Under the pieces are notes generated by a model. That model ran no database searches, was not told the DNA's origin, and worked only from the letters and a program-made list of their open reading frames with translations. From Octopus vulgaris (lineage: Eukaryota): 64,000 nt of DNA. Made by a program: the position numbers and the translations under genes. Below, piece after piece: positions 57,257-64,000 of the stretch. How positions within the stretch are numbered: the stretch's first letter is position 1; each line of letters starts with the position of its first letter. Where the stretch lies: contig OX597823.1 in assembly GCA_951406725.2 (NCBI GenBank), positions 56,544,001 to 56,608,000 on the forward strand. Reading direction: 5' to 3'.

Positions 57257-57303
<47 letters not shown>

Positions 57304-57348
57304 CATATGTACACACATACACATATTACATACATATACGTGTGTATG

Positions 57349-57387
<39 letters not shown>

Positions 57388-57423
57388 GTACACACATACA
57401 CATATTACATACATATACGTGTG

Positions 57424-57476
<53 letters not shown>

Positions 57477-57541
57477 CGCTAAATCCTTTGCATCATGTTT
57501 TTATTTTGACAAATATATATGTATATATATCTATCTATATC

Positions 57542-57574
<33 letters not shown>

Positions 57575-57577
57575 ATG

Positions 57578-57635
<58 letters not shown>

Positions 57636-57734
57636 CACACACATTATACATATATATATAAGTACGTACATATGTAAAAAGGCAGTAAGTTATCAGAAGA
57701 ACGTATTGTGCATCGAATAGAATTCTCTGTGATA

Positions 57735-57830
57735 TTTGTTCAGACTGTTTGCCCTGCGAGTTCAAGTCTCGTGGAGGTCAACTTTGCCTTTCATCCTTTC
57801 AAAGTTGATAAATATTGCAACCAGTACTGG
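57735..57830 (+). mobile_element. Degenerate SINE family 3 fragment
   Basis: GAGGTCAACTTTGCCTTTCATCCTTTC. Confidence 0.65.
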
Positions 57831-58166
57831 GTGGTGGATTAAAGGAACTGTTAGTTTGTTTGACGAGGCGCCTGGCTGCACCTGTTCCAGCTCTTTGTGT
57901 TATGATTTCAAATCCTGTCTCCTAACGATGCCCTCCACGCGGTTAGAAATCGGGCTTTTGGGGATCGAGATAACGGAGATAGGTTTCCTGTAATGGAAGG
58001 CTTGAGCCGTCGATCTGAGTAATAATTCGAATGCTTGTCATCTATATAAATGCAGACCACATGACAGAAGCGGAATAAACTGTAGGATAAGTTGAGCATG
58101 CATCTAAGCTTGCATGTATGTTTGTATGTAAGTTTGTATATATCTATATACAAACTTACATACAAG

Positions 58167-58481
58167 AGTGTTGTGTGGTAAGTAGCTTGCTTACCAACCA
58201 CATGGTTCCGGGGTCAGTCCCAATGCGTGACACCTTGGGCAAGTGTCTTTTGCTATAGCCTCACTCCGACCAAAGCCTTGTGAGTGGATTTGGTAGGCGG
58301 AAACTGAAAGAAGCCGTCCGGGTATTGTCAATGTTCGAAGGTTATATGGATACAGTTTGTGTATCAAATAGCTAATAAGGCGATATGGATATAAGCGGAC
58401 ATATTCTTATTTTTATAAGAATGCCATATAGTATGGCGATATATATCGGGAACGCTGCCGTTGTTCTCTTTTACTTAGTAA

Positions 58482-58528
<47 letters not shown>

Positions 58529-58740
58529 GTGTTTGTGTGTCTGTGTTTGTCCCCCCAACATCGCTTGATCACCGATACTGGTGTGTTTACGTCCCTGTAA
58601 CTTAGCGGTTCGGCAATAGAGACCGATAGAATAAGTACTAGGCTTACAAAGAATAAGTCCTGGGATCGATTTGTTCGACTAAAGGCAGTGCTCCAGCATG
58701 GCCACAGTCAAATGACTGAACCAAGTAAAAGAGTAAAAGT
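58167..58740 (+). mobile_element. SINE family 1 interrupted by unrelated sequence at ~58316-58490
   Basis: Head 58167-58315, tail 58525-58740. Confidence 0.8.
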
Positions 58741-59789
58741 GTATATGTATTAATGTATGTTTGCACAACCATGTAGCAGCTTGGATGAGTATCTTCTACA
58801 TTATAGCTTGGGGTCGACTTCATCCTTATGAGTGGAATTAGTAGAGGGAAACTGAAAAAAAAATACCTTTTTTATATGTATACATATATAATTAAAGTAT
58901 AAATTTGTTGAATATACCATAGGAATTAGTAGATGAATCAGTAAAATGGTAAAATGAAAATTATAAAATTATTAAAGTGGCTAGGTGCAATGTAAAACCA
59001 AAAGGCACAAATACAGTCGTCACTAAAGGTGACAAAGGGAAATAAATTGGTTTTAAATTGCGTCTAGCCTCTTTATAATTTTATAATTTTCACTTCATCA
59101 CTTTACTGAATCAGGCACTGATTCCTATGGCATATTCTATAAACCGACAAGTCGATTTAGTTTACCCATCGGCAATGGGGTAACGTCACCGATAAGGATT
59201 AATTCTATCCAAAATCGGCCGGCCGATCTGATGCCCTCGCTTCTTCTTTGTCAGTGAATAGAAAGTTCTCTGTTGAATAGAAAAATGCTCTGTTCGTGAC
59301 TAAGAGTTATTTTGATTCTTATTTCTAACAATGGTGGTGCTGACTTGCATACTCAGTCACATTTAGTGACCATTGTATTTGTGCCTTTTTTGTTTTAAAT
59401 TGCATCTAGCCACTTCTATTTCAAAATATTATATATCTAATTTTACAAAGAGATGTAAAATTAGATATATATTTTGAAATAGAACCCGAAGAGACGTTGG
59501 AATAATTGTAAATCTGACGATTGAATATATGTATTTATGTATTTATAAATACATATTATGCATTCATCTATGCATTCATCTCTGTACAACAAATTTATAC
59601 TTTAATTATATATGTATACATATAAAAGGGTATTTTTTTTCAGTTTCCCTCTACTAATTCCACTCATAAGGATGAAGTCGACCCCAAGCTATAATGTAGA
59701 AGATACTCATCCAAGCTGCTACATGGTTGTGCAAACATACATTAATACATATACACTTTTACTCTTTTACTTGGTTTAGTCATTTGACT
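58706..59789. repeat. ~203-bp inverted duplication (58706-58910/59587-59789) enclosing nested fold-backs
   Basis: Arms differ at only a few positions. Confidence 0.9.
58910..59415 (+). mobile_element. Retrozyme/pLTR-like 342-bp unit with inverted 5' copy and decayed hammerhead
   Basis: GTTTTAAATTGC(G/A)TCTAGCC at 59050 and 59392; inverted copy 58910-59033; HHR fold at 59184-59233. Confidence 0.6.
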
Positions 59790-60080
59790 AAGTTTATCTA
59801 AGTTTATATAGGTATATAGTTGTGTATATGTATATATATATTGTGATCTTCCAATACTGAAACACGTGTAGTTCCTTCATATTTGGTAAATATAAGTATT
59901 AACTAAAGCACGATATAATTAATGAAGTACATTATATACCCTGCTGGAAATTTTGGTCATATCCTTTAAGTATTATTTCGTGATGTGCAAACTGATACCA
60001 TGAGTTTACTGTCAGATATACTCATTAGGTTGTTTTTGTATTATCTGAAATAGAATACCCACATTAAACCCAAATTGAAT

Positions 60081-60130
<50 letters not shown>

Positions 60131-60134
<4 letters not shown>

Positions 60135-60365
60135 GTAAATAGTATGTGACAATTATTTGGTAGCCATGGTAAAACTCCGAGTTTCGGATGTCGGGGCGGA
60201 AACTGAAGAGATGCCGGTGCGGTTTTTCCGCCCCGACATCCGAAACTCGGAGTTTTATCATGGCTACCAAATAATTGTCACATACTATACTTACAGATAA
60301 ATTCCTCTATTGACATAATATCGAGGTCTCTTTCATTCTTTTGCTGTCTTACCATTACTATCAAT
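60131..60365 (+). mobile_element. Fold-back Penelope-like fragment with hammerhead core
   Basis: Arms 60131-60202/60224-60298; CTGAAGA-GATG..CATC-C-GAAA-CTCGGAGTT at 60203-60254. Confidence 0.7.
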
Positions 60366-60377
60366 ATATATATATAT

Positions 60378-61081
60378 ATTATATAATTAGGGCTTAGTAA
60401 AATAAATTACTTTGCTACATACTGAACTTAGTAGAAATAGCAGCCAAAAAAAAATTTTCTTAGCATTTCTACTACTTAAAGAAAATTTCTCTCAGATAAT
60501 GCTTACTCCAGACAGCTCACGAAGGTTTGGAGGTAAATACAGAAAAATATCACAAGTACATAGATCGTTTGAGTACGTCAACGTTTCAAGATTAGCCAAA
60601 TAAAATCAGCATTTCTTTCGTCAGCTCAAAATTTCTTAATTTGGATTTGGAAACACTAAAAAGAAGGAACTTTACCTATCAGCGAACTTGTCGCTTCAGA
60701 TGAACCACTCCAACTAACAGTGTCAACAAATTCAAAATGCGCAGGCGTAAATTTCTGCACTCCCCATTCCACCCACGTGGTCTATCTAGCAAACATTATA
60801 TTTTAACCGCGAGAACCGAGGTAGTATGACCGAGAGAAATGAATTATAATATCCACAATTGGGGTAAAATTAATTAATTAATCAATTTCACCAAGCATTC
60901 AGTATGTAAAAGGACCATTTAAGGCGAATTCAAAATATTACATTATATAATTAGGGCTTAGTAAAATAAATTACTTTGCCACATACTGAACTTAGTAGAA
61001 ATAGCAGCTATTTCTACTAAGTTCAGTATGTGGCAAGTATTTATTTACTAAGCCTAATTATATAATGTAATATTTTGAATT
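60378..61081 (-). mobile_element. Retrozyme/pLTR-like 564-bp unit with partial tandem and terminal fold-back
   Basis: 67-bp direct repeat at 60378-60444 and 60942-61008; hairpin 60927-61081; canonical HHR inside. Confidence 0.75.
60568..60630 (-). ncRNA. Canonical type I hammerhead ribozyme
   Basis: UUUGAG-CUGACGA-AAGA(22 nt)UCUU-GAAA-CG-UUGA-CG-UA/CUCAAA: intact core, 6-bp stem I, 4-bp stem II, 3-bp stem III, GUA site. Confidence 0.8.
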
Positions 61082-61119
61082 ATATACTGAACACTTGTAT
61101 ATATATACATATATATATA

Positions 61120-61174
<55 letters not shown>

Positions 61175-61659
61175 GTCTGGGGAGAATCATTCTCATTTAG
61201 TGCCTTATTATTTAACACACGCACTGGTAAAGTTTCCACTCATTTACTTATTCATTTTTCCTAAAATTTTCGTTGCAACCTATTTTCTTGCAACCTATTC
61301 AATAGTCGTTGGCAATGTTGCTTTAAAGTTCACAAACAAATGTAAGTATGTATGTATGTATGTATGTATGTATGTATGTATGTACATGTATGTATGTACA
61401 TGTATGTATGTATGTATGTATGTATGTATGTATGTATGTATGTATGTATGTATGTATGTATGCATGTATGTATGCATGTATCTATGTACGCATATATATA
61501 ATATATATGTATACTTTGATACTTTGATAGGTTTCGGCCATTATTGGCCCAGGCCATGTCTAACTTAATAGCACCACCTGGTGTATATAATATATATATA
61601 TATATATATCATTATTTTATTTATTTATATATATATATATCATTATTTTATTTATTTCT

Positions 61660-62580
<921 letters not shown>

Positions 62581-63330
62581 ATGTATGTATAACACACAGA
62601 GAAATATACGCACATATGATTACATATATACTTATATTAACATATATGTATATATATGTACATATATATTCATATATACATACACAAACAAAAGTACATA
62701 TATGAAAGCATATATATATATATATATATATACACATAGATGTACATACATATACGTACTTATATATATTTATGTATGTTCCTATGCATTCATCTCTGTA
62801 CAACAACCATGCTTTTAGTGACTGGAACATCCTTTCTCAGAGAAGTAGGAATCTTTAGCGGCAATTATCCTTACAAAACACTTGAAATATAAAATGATAA
62901 ATCCTATACGTTTAGAAGTGTTGTAACAACTGCGTTCATGTAAATGTTGGTAGTGAAGCGGTGTGTGTGAGTGTGTGCGTATGTGTGAGTGTGTGTGTGT
63001 GTGGGGGGGTTGATGATTGTTGTACGCTCTACATTGTTAGTAGTCACAAAATTGTTGAGATGTTCGGACAGTAAGTCAAAAAATTGTTATTCATATATAA
63101 ATGCATTTATGCGTGCATACATACATACATACATACATACATACATACATACATACATACATACATACATACATACATACATACATACATACATACATAC
63201 GTACATACGTACATACATATATACATACATACATACATATTTGCCTATGTATCTATTATATATCCAGCTTATATATATATATATAAATACATACATTCAT
63301 ATACCTGTATATATGCTATGTATATATATG

Positions 63331-63408
<78 letters not shown>

Positions 63409-63606
63409 GTATATATATATATGTTTGTATATATATACACATACATACGTATATATATATATATATATATACGTACTAATATATATATATATATTTATTT
63501 ATTTAAATACATCTCTCTGTCACTCTCCGTCTATATATACTTATATATATTTATATACATATACATATATGTATGTATTTATGTATGTATGTGTGTATGT
63601 ATGTTG

Positions 63607-63637
<31 letters not shown>

Positions 63638-63910
63638 GTTATGCGCGTGTGTCTATATTTATTTACAATATGAAATTTCATTCAAATTATAATTGTTTCA
63701 TTAAAGGTTAAATATATGCACTAAAATGTTAGCACTTAATGTTAATAGAAGTACACACACATACACGCAGTTATATGTATACATACACACATGCACACAC
63801 ATACACACACTCAGACACATGTATGTGTATATATATATATATATTTGTATATATATATATGCATATATGTATGTATACGTATATATGTATACACACACGC
63901 ACACACACAT

Positions 63911-63959
<49 letters not shown>

Positions 63960-64000
63960 TTCACATATACTCATATGTATGTATGTTCGTATTTATGCAT

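Overview
AT-rich eukaryotic DNA made up mostly of microsatellites and transposable elements, with no host protein-coding gene that I can support. The SINE and LINE families and the microsatellite load suggest an Octopus/cephalopod genome (inference from recalled repeat families, not verified). Nearly all listed ORFs are microsatellite artefacts. The real coding remnants are retrotransposons: an uninterrupted CR1-group RT (29404-30660, -), several Dong/R4-type RT + CCHC + RLE elements embedded in (TAA)n tracts (best copy 35185-36906), Tx1/L1 and CR1 fragments, and mariner/hAT MITEs. The most striking signal is a set of short non-coding elements from several families that differ in sequence, sitting in (TA)n tracts. 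Each carries a type I hammerhead-ribozyme motif, and several also show a partial tandem repeat (342-564 bp period) and/or a fold-back inverted copy. This is the architecture of Penelope-like pLTRs and metazoan retrozymes. One motif (60568-60630, -) is fully canonical. Also seen: modular SINE domain swapping, a 550-bp non-coding (TAA)n-targeted element in two copies, and a ~200-bp inverted duplication with a templated junction.
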